A model generated the notes under the pieces. It had not been told where the DNA came from. It did no database searches and worked only from the letters and a program-made list of their open reading frames with translations. Position numbers and translations under genes: made by a program. DNA of 64,000 bases from Actinomycetes bacterium. GTDB lineage: Bacteria > Actinomycetota > Acidimicrobiia > Acidimicrobiales > CADCSY01. The stretch spans positions 259,309-323,308 of the forward strand of contig JANNOZ010000016.1 in NCBI GenBank assembly GCA_031399525.1. The letters are read 5' to 3'. This document shows, piece after piece, positions 38,779 to 49,641 of the stretch (position 1 is the stretch's first letter; each line of letters opens with the position of its first letter).

Positions 38779-38786
38779 CGAAGTGA

Positions 38787-39239
<453 letters not shown>

Positions 39240-39266
39240 GTCACCGTTCGCGCTGAGATTTACGTT

Positions 39267-39296
39267 CACGAGGTCGGGCTTGGGCCCGGCCTCGTG
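39267..39296 (+). terminator. 13-bp-stem hairpin after glnB
   Basis: CACGAGGTCGGGC-ttgg-GCCCGGCCTCGTG (one G-U pair). No clear U-tract. Confidence 0.45.
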
Positions 39297-39310
39297 TCGC
39301 GTCCGGAGTC

Positions 39311-39369
39311 CGTCAGCCGGGATTCAGATTCCCGTCAGGTCGCTGCCGCCCAGGCGTCACACGTCAGGT
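39311..39369 (+). promoter_or_regulatory. phased CGTCA(G/C) direct repeats in amt leader
   Basis: CGTCAG 39311, CGTCAGGT 39333 and CGTCAC 39355 sit at an exact 22-bp spacing, plus CGTCAGGT at 39362. They lie 100-150 nt upstream of the amt ATG. Confidence 0.3.
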
Positions 39370-39464
39370 ACAGGCCAGAAATAGGTCGTTCCTAGGTTCG
39401 GTCTCGACCGGGCGGCGGTCAGCGTCGATCGACGTCGCCTTCACCGAGACAGGAGAACACACAC

Positions 39465-41012
39465 ATGCGTCATCGCAGGAGATGGCTCTTGGGCGCGGGG
39501 CTGATAGCCCTGACGCTCCTGGCCACCGCCGGTCCCGCCGCTGCCGAGACGATCACGTCGAAATCGGTCGGCGGGTCCTACGGCGTCTTCGGGACCGACA
39601 TCAGTAAGGAGCAGACGTCGGTCAACCTGCTGTGGATCACCATCGGCGCCGCCATGGTGATCTTCATGCAGGCCGGCTTCGCGCTGGTCGAAACCGGGTT
39701 CTGCCGGGCCAAGCACGCCGCCCACGTCGTATCGACCAACTTCGCCGTCTTCGGCGTCGGGTTCGTGTCGTTCTTCCTCGTGGGTTTCGGGATCATGTTC
39801 GGGGGCTACTCGGCCACCATCGGCGACGGGGCCGGGGGATTCATCCCGGTCATCGGCCCTGGGGCGTTCGAGAACGCCCTCGGCAGCTTCGAGCTCACCA
39901 TCGACGGCTGGGGCGGGATCTTCGCCTGGGCCTCACCGGGGTTGAGCGGCAGCGGCTATGACGCCGCGGTCATGATCTTCTTCCTCTACATGGTGGCCTT
40001 CATGGACACCACGGCGACGATCCCGACCGGGGCCATGGCCGAGCGGTGGAAGTGGTGGAGCTTCGTCATCTGGGCCGTGTTCTGCGGGGCGATCTACTAC
40101 CCGCTGTTCGGCTCGTGGACCTGGGGTGGCGGCTGGCTCAGCCAGCTCGGCGTCAACCACGGCCTCGGCCACGGCTACGTCGACTTCGCCGGCTCGGGCA
40201 TCGTGCACGCCATGGGTGGTGTCGCAGCGCTGGCGGGAGCCATCGTCCTCGGACCCCGGATCGGCAAGTTCGTCGATGGTAAGCCCCGGGCCATGCCCGG
40301 TCACCACATCCCGATGGCCATGTTGGGCACCTTCATCCTCTTGTTCGGGTGGTTCGGGTTCAACGCGGCGTCCACCTTTGCGGCCAGCGACCCCCGCTTC
40401 GCCGTCGTGGCCACCAACACCGCCATCTCCGGGGCCTTTGGTTCGGTGCTGGCCATGCTCTGGATCACCGTGCGGACCAAGAAGCCCGATCCGGCCATGA
40501 TGGCCAACGGGATGCTGGCGGGCCTGGTGGCCATCACCGCCCCCTGTGCCTTCGTCCAGCCCTGGGCGGCCGCGCTCATCGGCTCGATCGCCGGTGTGTT
40601 GGTCATCGAGTCGGTGTTCTTCGTCGAACGCAAGCTCAAGGTCGACGACCCGGTGGGCGCCTTCTCGGTTCACGGCGTCAACGGCATCTGGGGCGTGCTG
40701 GCCCTGGGCCTCTTCGCCGACGGCAACTACGGCGGGGGATGGAACGGCACCGTCGACAACCTGGCTGGGGTGAAGGGCTGGATCTACGGCGACTTCGGCC
40801 AGTTCCAGGCCCAGCTCATCGGGGCCTTGGTGATCATCGTGCTCTTCGGTGGGATCGCGTTCGCCTTCTTCAAGATCCAGAACGCCCTGACCAAGGGTGG
40901 GATCCGGCCGGCGGCCGAGATCGAGATCGGTGGTCTGGACCTCCCGGAGATGGGCGTGCTCGCCTACCCCGAGTTCGGGGTCGACTCCTACGACGCCTCC
41001 CCAGCCCGGTAG
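39465..41012 (+). CDS. amt: ammonium transporter (Amt family) with signal peptide
   Basis: 515-aa ORF after AGGAG SD. FMQAGFALVETGF, DFAGSGIVHAMGG and VHGVNGIWGVLALGLF motifs. Confidence 0.95.
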   Translation: MRHRRRWLLGAGLIALTLLATAGPAAAETITSKSVGGSYGVFGTDISKEQTSVNLLWITIGAAMVIFMQAGFALVETGFCRAKHAAHVVSTNFAVFGVGFVSFFLVGFGIMFGGYSATIGDGAGGFIPVIGPGAFENALGSFELTIDGWGGIFAWASPGLSGSGYDAAVMIFFLYMVAFMDTTATIPTGAMAERWKWWSFVIWAVFCGAIYYPLFGSWTWGGGWLSQLGVNHGLGHGYVDFAGSGIVHAMGGVAALAGAIVLGPRIGKFVDGKPRAMPGHHIPMAMLGTFILLFGWFGFNAASTFAASDPRFAVVATNTAISGAFGSVLAMLWITVRTKKPDPAMMANGMLAGLVAITAPCAFVQPWAAALIGSIAGVLVIESVFFVERKLKVDDPVGAFSVHGVNGIWGVLALGLFADGNYGGGWNGTVDNLAGVKGWIYGDFGQFQAQLIGALVIIVLFGGIAFAFFKIQNALTKGGIRPAAEIEIGGLDLPEMGVLAYPEFGVDSYDASPAR

Positions 41013-41030
41013 GGCGTCGCGCGTCGTATC

Positions 41031-41060
41031 GAGCGGCCGGGTCGGCAGACCCGGCCGCTC
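41031..41060. terminator. bidirectional terminator hairpin between convergent amt and gpmA
   Basis: GAGCGGCCGGGTC-ggca-GACCCGGCCGCTC, a perfect 13-bp stem. Confidence 0.6.
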
Positions 41061-41073
41061 GTCGCGTCCGGGC

Positions 41074-41829
41074 TCAGGGGCGAGGGGCCTGGGCCTGGGC
41101 GCTGACGGCGGCCGCGGCCGCGGCGATGGCCACGGGATCGCCCAGGTACTCCGCTGAGGTGGGCGCTAGCCGCTCGTCGAGTTGATACACCCGCGGCACC
41201 CCCGTGGGGATGTTCAGCTCGACGATGTCTTCGTCGCTGATGTTCTCGAGGTGTTTGACCAGCGCCCGCAGGCTGTTGCCGTGGGCCGCCACCAACACGG
41301 TGCGTTGCGCCCGGAGGTCGGCCACGATGGCGTCGTACCAGTAGGGGAGCATCCGGGTCACCACGTCGGCCAGGCATTCGGTGGCGGGCAAAACGTCGGG
41401 AGCCAGGTCGGCGTAGCGGATATCGCGAGACGGGTGGCGCTCGTCATCGAGGTCGAGCGGGGGGGGCGCGATGTCGTACGACCGGCGCCACACCTTCACC
41501 TGGGCCTCGCCGTACTCGGTGGTGGCGTCGCCCTTGTTGAGGCCTTGGAGGGCGCCGTAGTGGCGTTCGTTGAGGCGCCAGGAACGGCGTTGGGGGACCC
41601 ACAGCCGGTCGAGCGCCTCCAGGGCCAGGTTGGCGGTGCGAATGGCCCGACGCTGCAACGAGGTGTGGGCCACGTCGGGGGTGATGCCGGCGTCGGCCAA
41701 CAGCTGCCCGGCTGCGGCCGCCTGCTCCTCGCCCCGCGTCGTGAGACCGACATCGGTCCAGCCGGTGAACAGATTGAGCTCGTTCCACGTGCTCTCGCCG
41801 TGGCGGAGCAGCACCAGGGTGTGGGCCAT
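41074..41829 (-). CDS. gpmA: 2,3-bisphosphoglycerate-dependent phosphoglycerate mutase
   Basis: Track ORF 41074..42144. ATG 41829 gives [27 protein letters not shown] (RHGES active site). Confidence 0.94.
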   Translation of the reverse strand: MAHTLVLLRHGESTWNELNLFTGWTDVGLTTRGEEQAAAAGQLLADAGITPDVAHTSLQRRAIRTANLALEALDRLWVPQRRSWRLNERHYGALQGLNKGDATTEYGEAQVKVWRRSYDIAPPPLDLDDERHPSRDIRYADLAPDVLPATECLADVVTRMLPYWYDAIVADLRAQRTVLVAAHGNSLRALVKHLENISDEDIVELNIPTGVPRVYQLDERLAPTSAEYLGDPVAIAAAAAAVSAQAQAPRP

Positions 41830-41872
41830 GGCCCGAGCGTAGAACGGCTCCGGGCCATCCGCCCCCCCGAAG

Positions 41873-41890
41873 TTGAGTCGAATGGACTCA
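41873..41890. promoter_or_regulatory. HAIR-type HspR operator
   Basis: TTGAGT-cgaatgg-ACTCA matches CTTGAGT-N7-ACTCAAG. Located about 90 nt upstream of dnaK. Confidence 0.7.
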
Positions 41891-41980
41891 TGTTTCCTGC
41901 GTCGCCACTTGTGACGAGCTGGCTGGGCCGCTACCGTCGACTGCACTCCACTCCCGACCGCACCCCCAGGAGCGATCCCC

Positions 41981-43813
41981 ATGCCCAAGGCCGTCGGCAT
42001 TGATCTCGGCACCACCAACTCCGTTGTGAGCGTCCTCGAAGGGGGCGAGCCGACGGTGATCCCGAACGCCGAAGGAGGACGCACGACGCCGTCGGTCGTG
42101 GCCTTCGGAAAGACCGGCGAGGTCCTGGTCGGGGAGGTGGCCAAGCGTCAGGCCATCACCAACCCCGACCGAACGCTGCGTTCGGTCAAGCGCCACATGG
42201 GAACCTCATGGACCACCGAGGACATCGACGGCAAGCGGTACACCTCCCAGGAGATCTCGGCCCGCATCCTCCAGAAGCTCAAGCGCGACGCCGAGGCGTA
42301 CCTGGGTGACACCGTGACCCAAGCGGTCATCACCGTTCCGGCCTACTTCAACGATGCCGAACGCACCGCCACCAAGGAGGCCGGCCAGATCGCCGGGCTC
42401 GAGGTGCTGCGGATCATCAACGAGCCGACCGCCGCGGCGCTGGCCTACGGCTTGGACAAGGAAGGCGAGGACCAGACGATCCTGGTATTCGACCTCGGAG
42501 GGGGCACCTTCGACGTCTCGGTGCTCGAAATCGGCGACGGCGTCTTCGAGGTCAAGGCCACCCACGGCGACGTGCAGCTCGGCGGCGACGACTGGGACCA
42601 ACGGGTCATCGACTGGCTGATCTCGAGCTTCAAGGCCAAGGAGGGCGTCGACCTCTCGGCCGACAAGATGGCCATGCAGCGCCTCAAGGAAGCCGCGGAG
42701 AAGGCCAAGATCGAGCTCTCGGCCACCCAGAGCACCCAGGTCAACCTGCCGTTCATCACCGCCACGTCCGAGGGACCGAAGCACCTGGACGAGACGCTGA
42801 CCCGCTCGAAGTTCCAAGAGCTCACTGCCGATCTGGTCGAGCGATGCAAGAGCCCCTTCGAGCAGGCCATCCGCGACGCGGGTCTGACCAAGGGAGCCAT
42901 CGACCACGTGATCCTGGTGGGCGGCTCGACTCGCATGCCTGCCATCGCCGACCTGGTCCAGGAGTTGACCGGCAACGAACCCAACAAGGGCGTGAACCCC
43001 GACGAGGTGGTGGCCGTGGGAGCGGCCATCCAGGCGGGCGTGCTGCGGGGGGAAGTCAAGGACATCCTCTTGCTCGACGTCACCCCCCTCTCTCTCGGCA
43101 TCGAGACCAAAGGTGGGGTGATGACCAAGCTCATCGAGCGCAACACCACCATCCCCACCCGTCGCACCGAGGTGTTCACCACGGCCGAGGACATGCAGCC
43201 GTCGGTCGAGATCCACGTGCTCCAGGGTGAGCGCGAGATGGCCAGCTACAACAAGACGCTGGGCAAGTTCCAGCTCGTCGACCTCCCGCCCGCTCCCCGT
43301 GGCGTTCCTCAGATCGAGGTCACCTTCGACATCGATGCCAACGGCATCGTCCACGTGGCGGCCAAGGATCGGGGCACCGGCAAAGAGCAGTCGATGACCA
43401 TCACCGGCCAGTCCTCGCTTGATCGAGATGCCATCGACCAGATGGTCAAGGACGCCGAAGCCCACGCCGAGGACGACCGTCGCCGGCGTGAGGAGGCCGA
43501 GGTCCGCAACAACGCCGACAGCCTCGTGTACCAGACCGAAAAGGTGCTTCGCGAGCAGGGCGACAAGGTGCCTGGGCCCGAGAAGGAAGCGGTCGAGTCG
43601 GCGTTGGCCGCCTTGAAGGACGCTGTATCCGGGTCCGACATCGACAACATTCGTCAGGCCACCGAGACGTTGATGGGAGCCAGCCAGTCCTTCTCTCAGA
43701 AGCTCTACGAGTCGACGACGGCCGAGACTGCCCAATCCGGTGCGGCGTCGGGCCAGCCGGCCGACGACGAGGTCGTCGACGCGGAGATCGTCGATGAGGG
43801 CCGGGAGTCGTGA
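41981..43813 (+). CDS. dnaK: molecular chaperone DnaK (Hsp70)
   Basis: 610-aa ORF: [21 protein letters not shown]. Confidence 0.98.
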   Translation: MPKAVGIDLGTTNSVVSVLEGGEPTVIPNAEGGRTTPSVVAFGKTGEVLVGEVAKRQAITNPDRTLRSVKRHMGTSWTTEDIDGKRYTSQEISARILQKLKRDAEAYLGDTVTQAVITVPAYFNDAERTATKEAGQIAGLEVLRIINEPTAAALAYGLDKEGEDQTILVFDLGGGTFDVSVLEIGDGVFEVKATHGDVQLGGDDWDQRVIDWLISSFKAKEGVDLSADKMAMQRLKEAAEKAKIELSATQSTQVNLPFITATSEGPKHLDETLTRSKFQELTADLVERCKSPFEQAIRDAGLTKGAIDHVILVGGSTRMPAIADLVQELTGNEPNKGVNPDEVVAVGAAIQAGVLRGEVKDILLLDVTPLSLGIETKGGVMTKLIERNTTIPTRRTEVFTTAEDMQPSVEIHVLQGEREMASYNKTLGKFQLVDLPPAPRGVPQIEVTFDIDANGIVHVAAKDRGTGKEQSMTITGQSSLDRDAIDQMVKDAEAHAEDDRRRREEAEVRNNADSLVYQTEKVLREQGDKVPGPEKEAVESALAALKDAVSGSDIDNIRQATETLMGASQSFSQKLYESTTAETAQSGAASGQPADDEVVDAEIVDEGRES

Positions 43814-44334
43814 CCGAGGACGAATCCACCTTCGAGCCGGCAACCCCGGATGTCGACGTCCAGCCACCCGAGCATCCCGAGGTGGTCGCTACGAGTGTCG
43901 AGGAGCTGGTCGGCGCACTCGAAGCGGTGAGTGCCGAGCGCGACGACTATCTGGCGCTGGCCCGGGCCAAGCAGGCTGAACTGGAGAACTTCCGCAAGCA
44001 GATGGTCAAGCGCCAAGCCGACCATGCCGCCCAGTCGGAGGCCGCCCTGGTGGAGAAGCTCCTGAGCGTGCTCGACACCTTCGAGTACGGGGTGGCCCAC
44101 GGAGACGAGACGCTGGCCCCCGTCCAGGCTCAGCTGATCGGCATCCTCGAAAGGGAAGGTCTCGAACGTATTGCCCCTGACCCGGCATCGCCCTTCGACC
44201 CGGCCTTGCACGACGCGGTGGCCCACGAGGCCGACGACAGTGACGGAGGGCCGGTGGTGGCCGAGAGCTTGCGCACCGGATACCGCTGGAACGGCCGACT
44301 GTTGCGGCCGGCCATGGTTCGGGTCCGAGGCTGA
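43810..44334 (+). CDS. grpE: nucleotide exchange factor GrpE
   Basis: 174-aa ORF. GTGA overlap with the dnaK stop. ELENFRKQ coiled-coil and C-terminal beta domain. Confidence 0.92.
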   Translation: MTEDESTFEPATPDVDVQPPEHPEVVATSVEELVGALEAVSAERDDYLALARAKQAELENFRKQMVKRQADHAAQSEAALVEKLLSVLDTFEYGVAHGDETLAPVQAQLIGILEREGLERIAPDPASPFDPALHDAVAHEADDSDGGPVVAESLRTGYRWNGRLLRPAMVRVRG

Positions 44335-44355
44335 CCCGGGAGGGCGCACCGCACC

Positions 44356-45516
44356 GTGGCCCAACGAGAGTGGTTCGACAAGGACTACTACGCAGTGCTG
44401 GGCGTCCCGCCCACGGCAACGCCCAAAGAGCTGACCAAGGCCTACCGGGCCCTGGCCCGAGCCCACCATCCTGACGCCACGGCCAGCGCGTCGGACACCG
44501 ATCGGGCCGCATCGGAGGAGCGCTTCAAGGAGATCTCGGCCGCCTACGACGTGCTCGGCGATGCCGACAAGCGCAAGGAGTACGACGAGGTTCGGGCCAT
44601 GGGCCCGGCGGCCGGAGGATTCACCGGAGGGCCGTTCGGGGGCACTGGACAGCCGCGTGGCGCCAGCTCCTTCCGCTTCGACGCCGACAGCGCCGACCTC
44701 AACGACGTGCTCAGCGGCATCTTCGGCGGGGGGGCCACCCGGGCTCGGGGACGCTCCCGGGGTCAGGCCGGCCCTCGGCGGGGCGGCGATCTCGAAGCCG
44801 AGCTCCATCTCTCTTTTGACGACGCAGTGCACGGTGTCACCACGACCGTGCACCTCAGCAGCGACGCGGTCTGCAGCCACTGTCACGGCGTCGGAGCCGA
44901 ACCGGGTACCGCCCCGACCACCTGTCCGACCTGTGGGGGCTCAGGGGTGGTCGCCGAGAACCAGGGTCCGTTCAGCTTCTCGACACCCTGCCTCCGCTGC
45001 GGCGGGAAGGGCCTGCTCATAGAGCACCCCTGCTCGGTGTGCGGTGGTTCGGGCAGTGAGCGCCGGGCCCGAGCGGTGAAGGTGCGGATCCCCGCTGGTG
45101 TCCACGACGGGCAACGCATTCGGGTCAAAGGCCGAGGGACGCCCGGGATGCAGGGCGGTCCGGCCGGCGATCTCTACGTCGTGACCCGGGTCGGAGCCCA
45201 CGCGCTGTTCGGCCGACGCGACGACCACCTCACCCTCACGGTTCCCATCACCTTCCCCGAAGCAGCACTCGGCGCCGATCTGGCCGTGCCCACCCTCGAC
45301 GGGCCGGCGGTCACCGTGCGGATACCAGCGGGCACCCGGTCGGGCCGAACCTTCCGGGTCAAGGGCAAGGGTGTGACTCGGGGTTCCTCGGTGGGCGATC
45401 TGCTGGTGACCGTGGAGGTGGCGGTGCCGGCCCGGCTCAGCACGGCCGAACGCAAGGCTGTCCAAGCCCTGGCCGAGGCGACACCCGAGTCGCCCCGGGC
45501 CCATCTGGGGGTGTGA
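44356..45516 (+). CDS. dnaJ: molecular chaperone DnaJ
   Basis: 386-aa ORF. J domain (DYYAVLGV...HPD), G/F region, four CxxCxGxG zinc motifs. Confidence 0.97.
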   Translation: MAQREWFDKDYYAVLGVPPTATPKELTKAYRALARAHHPDATASASDTDRAASEERFKEISAAYDVLGDADKRKEYDEVRAMGPAAGGFTGGPFGGTGQPRGASSFRFDADSADLNDVLSGIFGGGATRARGRSRGQAGPRRGGDLEAELHLSFDDAVHGVTTTVHLSSDAVCSHCHGVGAEPGTAPTTCPTCGGSGVVAENQGPFSFSTPCLRCGGKGLLIEHPCSVCGGSGSERRARAVKVRIPAGVHDGQRIRVKGRGTPGMQGGPAGDLYVVTRVGAHALFGRRDDHLTLTVPITFPEAALGADLAVPTLDGPAVTVRIPAGTRSGRTFRVKGKGVTRGSSVGDLLVTVEVAVPARLSTAERKAVQALAEATPESPRAHLGV

Positions 45517-45520
45517 TGCC

Positions 45521-45964
45521 ATGACCGGTGGTGCCGAGCCCGACCGGCGGCGGCCGACCCGAGCTGTGTTCGTCATCTCGGTGGCCGCCGAGCTGGCTGG
45601 CCTTCACCCTCAGACCCTGCGGGTCTACGAGCGCCGGGGTCTTTTGGCGCCCAACCGGACCGGAGGAGGTCGGCGCCGCTACTCCGAAGCCGACATCGAT
45701 CGTCTCCGGCGTATTCAGGAGCTGACCGACGAGGGCCTCAACCTCGCAGGCGTGGCCCGGGTGCTGGCCCTCGAGGACGAGCTGGCCCGGGCGCGAGCCG
45801 AACTGCTCGCCGAGGCCGAACGGCGCCGAGTCGAGCTGGCCCAAGCCGTCGACCAGGCCCGTCACGCGGTCGAGCAGACCGTTCGGCACTACCGACGTGA
45901 ACTGGTCCCCCTGTCGCAGGCGGTCGAACTCTTCGGTCGGCCGCGGTTTCCCACCCGTCCCTGA
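45521..45964 (+). CDS. hspR: MerR-family heat-shock repressor HspR
   Basis: 147-aa ORF. MerR HTH ([27 protein letters not shown]). Position after dnaJ. Confidence 0.92.
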   Translation: MTGGAEPDRRRPTRAVFVISVAAELAGLHPQTLRVYERRGLLAPNRTGGGRRRYSEADIDRLRRIQELTDEGLNLAGVARVLALEDELARARAELLAEAERRRVELAQAVDQARHAVEQTVRHYRRELVPLSQAVELFGRPRFPTRP

Positions 45965-45978
45965 TCCAGGAGCATCCG

Positions 45979-48486
45979 ATGGCGATCGACCCGAACCGAT
46001 GGACGGTCAAAACCCAGGAGGCGGTGAATCTCGCGGCTGAACGGGCCCGGGCCGCTCAGCACCCGGAGATCGGCCCCGACCACCTGTTGGCTGCCCTGCT
46101 CGACGCGCCCGATGGCGTCGTCGGGCCACTCCTGGCCAAGGTCGGCATCGACACCGGAGTGCTTGCCGGCCAACTCGACGACCGCCTCGCTCGTGAGCCG
46201 CGGGTGAGCGGCGCCGAACCGGGCCTCAGCCGGGCCCTTCGAGGCGTGCTCGAGGCCGCCGACGCCACTCGGATCGAGCTGCGGGACGACTATGTGTCCA
46301 CCGAGCATGTGCTGATGGCTCTGGCCGATCGGGTGGGGGCCAGTCGCGAGCAACTGCTCGAAGGCCTCCGATCGGTGCGGGGCAGCCACCGGGTGACCAA
46401 CCAGAATCCCGAGGAGTCCTTCCAGGCTCTCGATCGCTTTGGCCGCGACCTCACCGCAGCTGCCCGTGACGGCAAGCTCGACCCGGTCATCGGACGAGAC
46501 GACGAGATCCGTCGGGTTATCCAGGTGCTGTCGCGCCGCACCAAGAACAATCCCGTACTGATCGGCGAGCCGGGGGTGGGCAAGACGGCGATCGTCGAGG
46601 GTCTGGCCCGGCGCATCGCCGAGGGCGATGTGCCCGAAAGCCTGACCAACAAGCGCCTCATCAGCCTCGATCTTCCGTCGATGGTGGCTGGGGCCAAGTA
46701 CCGAGGCGAGTTCGAGGAGCGCCTCAAGTCGGTGCTCAAGGAGATCACCGACGCCCAGGGCGAGGTCGTCACGTTCATCGACGAGATGCACACCGTGGTG
46801 GGCGCTGGTGCCGCCGAGGGATCGATGGACGCGTCCAACATGCTCAAGCCGATGCTCGCTCGCGGTGAACTGCGGATGATCGGCGCGACGACCCTCGACG
46901 AGTACCGCAAGTACATCGAGGCCGATCCTGCTCTCGAACGGCGGTTCCAGCCCGTGTTGGTCGAGGAGCCTTCGGTGGAGGACGCGGTCGCCATCCTTCG
47001 AGGGCTCAAGGAGCGTTACGAGGTGCACCACGGGGTGCGCATCCAGGACACGGCGTTGGTCGCCGCCGCCGTGCTATCCGACCGGTACCTGCCCGACCGG
47101 CAGTTGCCCGACAAGGCCATCGACCTCATCGACGAGGCCGCGTCCGGACTGCGCATCGAGATCGACTCGATGCCCACCGAGATCGACGTAATCCAGCGCC
47201 GCATTCGTCAGCTCGAGATCGAACGGGTCGCGTTGGCCAAGGAGACCGATGCGGCATCGGCCGAACGTCTGGCCAATCTCGACCGGGAGCTGGCCGACCT
47301 CGGCGAGCAATCCGACGCCCTCTCGGCTCATTGGCAGGCCGAGAAGGAGGCGATCGGTGCCATCCGAGCACTCAAGGAGACCCTCGAAGCCAAGCGAGGC
47401 GAACTCGAGCGCGAGGGCGACCTCGAACGGGCGTCGGAGATCCGCTACGGGCAGATCCCGCAGGTCGAACGGGACATCGAGGTCGCCACCGACCGCCTGG
47501 CCACCTTGCAGGAACGCATGACCATGTTGAAAGAGGAGGTGGACGAGGACGACGTGGCCGAGATCGTCAGTCGGTGGACCGGGGTCCCGGTGAGTCGGCT
47601 CATGGAGGGTGAGGTGGCCAAGCTCGTGCGCATGGAAGACGTCCTGCACGAGCGGGTCGTCGGCCAGGACGAGGCCGTTGCCGCGGTCGCCGGGGCCATT
47701 CGCCGGAGCCGGGCAGGACTGTCCGATCCCCACCGGCCCATCGGATCGTTCTTGTTCCTCGGCCCGACCGGTGTGGGCAAGACAGAGTTGGCCCGGGCCC
47801 TGGCCGACTTCCTGTTCGACGACGAGCGGGCCATGGTCCGAATCGACATGAGCGAGTACATGGAGAAGCACTCCGTGGCGCGCCTCATTGGGGCGCCGCC
47901 GGGATACGTGGGCTACGACGAAGGGGGTCAGCTGACCGAGGTGGTCCGGCGCCGCCCCTACGCGGTGGTGCTGCTCGACGAGCTCGAGAAGGCCCACCCC
48001 GACGTGTTCAACGTCTTGCTGCAACTGCTCGATGACGGTCGCCTGACCGACGGGAGAGGGCGCACGGTCGACTTCACCAACACCGTGTTGGTGATGACGT
48101 CCAATCTCCCGGGCGACCCCGCCGATTTCTTTCGTCCCGAGTTCGTCAACCGGATCGACGAGATCGTCCGCTTCCGGCGCCTCGACGAGGCCGATATGGG
48201 CCGGATCGTCGAGATCCAGTTGGGCCACCTACGGCGGCGCCTGGCCGACCGAAAGATCGCCCTCGACGTGACCGACGAAGCGTTGGCGCTGCTCGCCCAC
48301 CTGGGCTACGACGCCGACTACGGCGCCCGGCCGCTCAAGCGGCTCCTGCAAAAGGTGGTCGCCGACCCCTTGGCGTTGGAGCTTCTCGAAGGCCGAGTGG
48401 CTGACGGTGATCGTGTGGTTGCGGATGCCGACGATACGCGTATTGTGCTCCGGTCGGCGACGCCAGCACGCTCGACCACTACATGA
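45979..48486 (+). CDS. clpB: ATP-dependent chaperone ClpB
   Basis: 835-aa ORF. Two AAA+ modules ([27 protein letters not shown]) with a long coiled-coil M-domain. Starts 14 nt after hspR. Confidence 0.97.
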   Translation: MAIDPNRWTVKTQEAVNLAAERARAAQHPEIGPDHLLAALLDAPDGVVGPLLAKVGIDTGVLAGQLDDRLAREPRVSGAEPGLSRALRGVLEAADATRIELRDDYVSTEHVLMALADRVGASREQLLEGLRSVRGSHRVTNQNPEESFQALDRFGRDLTAAARDGKLDPVIGRDDEIRRVIQVLSRRTKNNPVLIGEPGVGKTAIVEGLARRIAEGDVPESLTNKRLISLDLPSMVAGAKYRGEFEERLKSVLKEITDAQGEVVTFIDEMHTVVGAGAAEGSMDASNMLKPMLARGELRMIGATTLDEYRKYIEADPALERRFQPVLVEEPSVEDAVAILRGLKERYEVHHGVRIQDTALVAAAVLSDRYLPDRQLPDKAIDLIDEAASGLRIEIDSMPTEIDVIQRRIRQLEIERVALAKETDAASAERLANLDRELADLGEQSDALSAHWQAEKEAIGAIRALKETLEAKRGELEREGDLERASEIRYGQIPQVERDIEVATDRLATLQERMTMLKEEVDEDDVAEIVSRWTGVPVSRLMEGEVAKLVRMEDVLHERVVGQDEAVAAVAGAIRRSRAGLSDPHRPIGSFLFLGPTGVGKTELARALADFLFDDERAMVRIDMSEYMEKHSVARLIGAPPGYVGYDEGGQLTEVVRRRPYAVVLLDELEKAHPDVFNVLLQLLDDGRLTDGRGRTVDFTNTVLVMTSNLPGDPADFFRPEFVNRIDEIVRFRRLDEADMGRIVEIQLGHLRRRLADRKIALDVTDEALALLAHLGYDADYGARPLKRLLQKVVADPLALELLEGRVADGDRVVADADDTRIVLRSATPARSTTT

Positions 48487-48614
48487 ACAGTATGGGCCAA
48501 ACGGCCTAATTTTCACTCAGAGCGTTGACATGGACGCTCAAACGAGTCACATTCGTCACTGCACCAACATCTCGTGCATCTTCGGATGTTCGAGAGGGGA
48601 GACGTCGATCCGCA

Positions 48615-48698
48615 GGTCGAACTGGTCGCTGCGCCTGCGAGGAGTCAGAGCGAACCCGGCCCCGAGTTTTTCGAGGAGTCTGGGTCGAACCCGTCCCA
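48615..48698 (+). repeat. about 34-nt imperfect tandem direct repeats in the leader of the LAxTG gene
   Basis: CGAGGAGTCagagCGAACCCGgCCC (48638-48663) and CGAGGAGTCtgggtCGAACCCGtCCC (48672-48698), plus a partial third copy GGTCGAAC (48615-48622). Confidence 0.6.
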
Positions 48699-48727
48699 GC
48701 TCCGAAAACCCGGAGAAAGGGGACGTC

Positions 48728-49486
48728 GTGTCCAGGACCACCATTGCCCGTTGGGCAGCTGTACTACTCGCCTTGACGGTAGGCCTGGTTGGATGGGCGC
48801 CGTCGGCATCTGCCCACTTCGCCGACATCGTCGCCGAGACCGACTGTGAGGGCCTCGTCTGGTTCACCGCGGTCTCATGGATGCCTGGCGAGCTCAACGG
48901 CGAGAACTCCCACATCGACATCGCCGTGTCGGTCGACGGCGGCGCCTACGAGGTGCAGCCGTGGAACCCCGATTGGTACTTCGGGCCCGACCACTGGAGC
49001 TTCTACGCGTTGCTCCCGACCGTCTATCCGGAGGGCAGCGTCGTGACCGTCCAGAGCCGTCCGGCGGCCAAGTGGAGCGGACTCGACAGCGTCGGCAACA
49101 TCACCGAGTCGTCGGTGACGATTCCTGGCAGCTGCACGCCTGCTCCTTGTGAGGAGGTCGTCGCCCCCGATGACGGCGTGAACGCTCCCGACGGCGAGAC
49201 CCCTGTCGACGACTGCGAGACCCCGGTCGTCCCGGTCGACCCGCCGGTGACCCCGCCCATCACCACGCCAACTGTTCAGGGGGTCACCGAGACTCCGGTC
49301 ACCCCAGCGGCCACCGCTACCCCGGCTGCCGCTACCCCGTCCACGGTGACGCCGACGGTTCAGGGCGCCACGTTGGCCAGCACGGGTTCGGCAGCGTCGC
49401 TGCTGAGCGGGTCTGCGCTCGTCCTGCTCCTGCTCGGTGGCACCTTCGTGGTGCTGGCCAGCCGGAAGCACCGCTCGACCTCGTAA
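48728..49486 (+). CDS. cell-wall-anchored surface protein with LAxTG (LASTG) sorting signal
   Basis: Track ORF 48407..49486. GTG 48728 after GGAGAAAGGGGA gives signal peptide VSRTTIARWAAVLLALTVGLVGWAPSASA. C-terminus is LASTG, a hydrophobic stretch, then RKHRSTS. Confidence 0.8.
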   Translation: MSRTTIARWAAVLLALTVGLVGWAPSASAHFADIVAETDCEGLVWFTAVSWMPGELNGENSHIDIAVSVDGGAYEVQPWNPDWYFGPDHWSFYALLPTVYPEGSVVTVQSRPAAKWSGLDSVGNITESSVTIPGSCTPAPCEEVVAPDDGVNAPDGETPVDDCETPVVPVDPPVTPPITTPTVQGVTETPVTPAATATPAAATPSTVTPTVQGATLASTGSAASLLSGSALVLLLLGGTFVVLASRKHRSTS

Positions 49487-49533
49487 CGCCAACGAGGTAG
49501 CTCGCGTCGCAGCCGCGACGTCTGGAGGCGAAC

Positions 49534-49560
49534 GGGAGGCCGTCGGGGGGACGGCCTCCC
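49534..49560 (+). terminator. terminator hairpin after the LAxTG gene
   Basis: GGGAGGCCGTC-ggggg-GACGGCCTCCC, a perfect 11-bp stem about 48 nt after the stop. Confidence 0.55.
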
Positions 49561-49641
49561 GCTTCGCGTCCAGACCGGGGCCCTCACACCTGCCTGCCCT
49601 AGACTGCTCGGACCGCCAGCACCTTTCTGAAGGAGACGCGC

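Noticed and set aside
42206-43867. 553-aa minus-strand ORF
   Set aside because: Exactly antisense to dnaK. Shadow ORF.
48590-48720. Calling the LAxTG leader a ydaO/c-di-AMP riboswitch
   Set aside because: Only short strings resemble the consensus as I remember it. I could not build the pseudo-two-fold helices by eye. Left as a test to run, not a feature.
48574-48849. 91-aa plus-strand ORF in the leader of the LAxTG gene
   Set aside because: It overlaps the better-supported GTG 48728 start in another frame. It has no SD, and its apparent repeats are explained at DNA level.
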